Shown here: positions 63,933 through 64,000 of the stretch, one piece after another | How positions within the stretch are numbered: the first letter of the stretch is position 1 | How the letters are laid out: each line of letters starts with the position of its first letter | Sequence record: NC_041937.1 | DNA length: 64,000 bases | From: Escherichia phage V18 | Strand: one strand, 5' to 3' | Translations under genes and position numbers: made by a program | The notes under the pieces: generated by a model | The model's database searches: none | What the model was told of the DNA's origin: nothing | The model's input: the letters and a program-made list of their open reading frames with translations, nothing else

Positions 63933-64000
63933 TCAACACACATGCATCTGAAGGAGTGACGACATGTAGCCTGGATGAGCCAGTTAAAGAGGAAAACTTA

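Noticed and set aside
29000-64000. Minus-strand ORFs in the track overlapping the rightward early genes (for example 33011-33646, 42307-42609, 45335-45595, 52637-52927)
   Set aside because: Antisense to conserved enzymes (ligase, ThyX, NrdA, ClpP-like); no independent support
1-64000. Integrated prophage or temperate lifestyle
   Set aside because: No integrase, excisionase, CI-like repressor or attachment-site repeats were seen; gene content (RNR, ThyX, tRNAs, takeover-type small genes) fits a virulent phage

Overview
This 64 kb window reads as part of a virulent tailed-phage genome (myovirus-like: tail sheath and tail tube are present; no integrase or repressor module was seen). All calls come from reading the six-frame translations and the DNA by eye; no database search or RNA folding was run, so family assignments rest on remembered motifs. 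Bases 1-24500 are a leftward-transcribed late module: terminase large subunit, portal, head proteins, putative major capsid, sheath, tube, chaperone pair, tape measure, baseplate, tail fibres, with separate i-/o-spanin genes upstream. A leftward cluster of five tRNA-like genes sits at 24532-24942, followed by a block with a basic protein and two GC-rich noncoding segments. A 640 bp noncoding hub at 26820-27457 holds a GC-rich structured segment, an AT-rich tract and three phased palindromic repeats beside a small winged-helix gene; this is the best candidate for an origin or regulatory switch. Divergent from 28.9 kb are a leftward P-loop kinase plus calcineurin-type phosphatase and a rightward ligase-like gene, which together look like an RNA/polynucleotide end-repair module. 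From 28.9 kb to the end is a rightward early region: sirtuin-like protein, MazG-like protein, ATP-dependent DNA ligase, lambda R-like endolysin, FEN-type 5'-3' exonuclease, RuvC-like and Endo VII-like resolvases, DEDD exonuclease, two adenine methyltransferases, dNMP kinase, HAD nucleotidase, ThyX, NrdA/NrdB/glutaredoxin, NrdD/NrdG, PhoH, a ClpP-like protease, a ribosome hibernation factor (HPF/RaiA) homologue, and many small acidic or membrane proteins in paralogous families, driven by repeated sigma70-type promoters (TTGACA-N17-TATAAT) and closed by GC hairpin terminators. Several conserved genes change reading frame mid-gene (terminase, nrdD three times, phoH, a methyltransferase, an HNH-like gene, a tail fibre, a baseplate gene); uncorrected indels are the likeliest cause, so those gene models are provisional. 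Start codons of small ORFs are uncertain.
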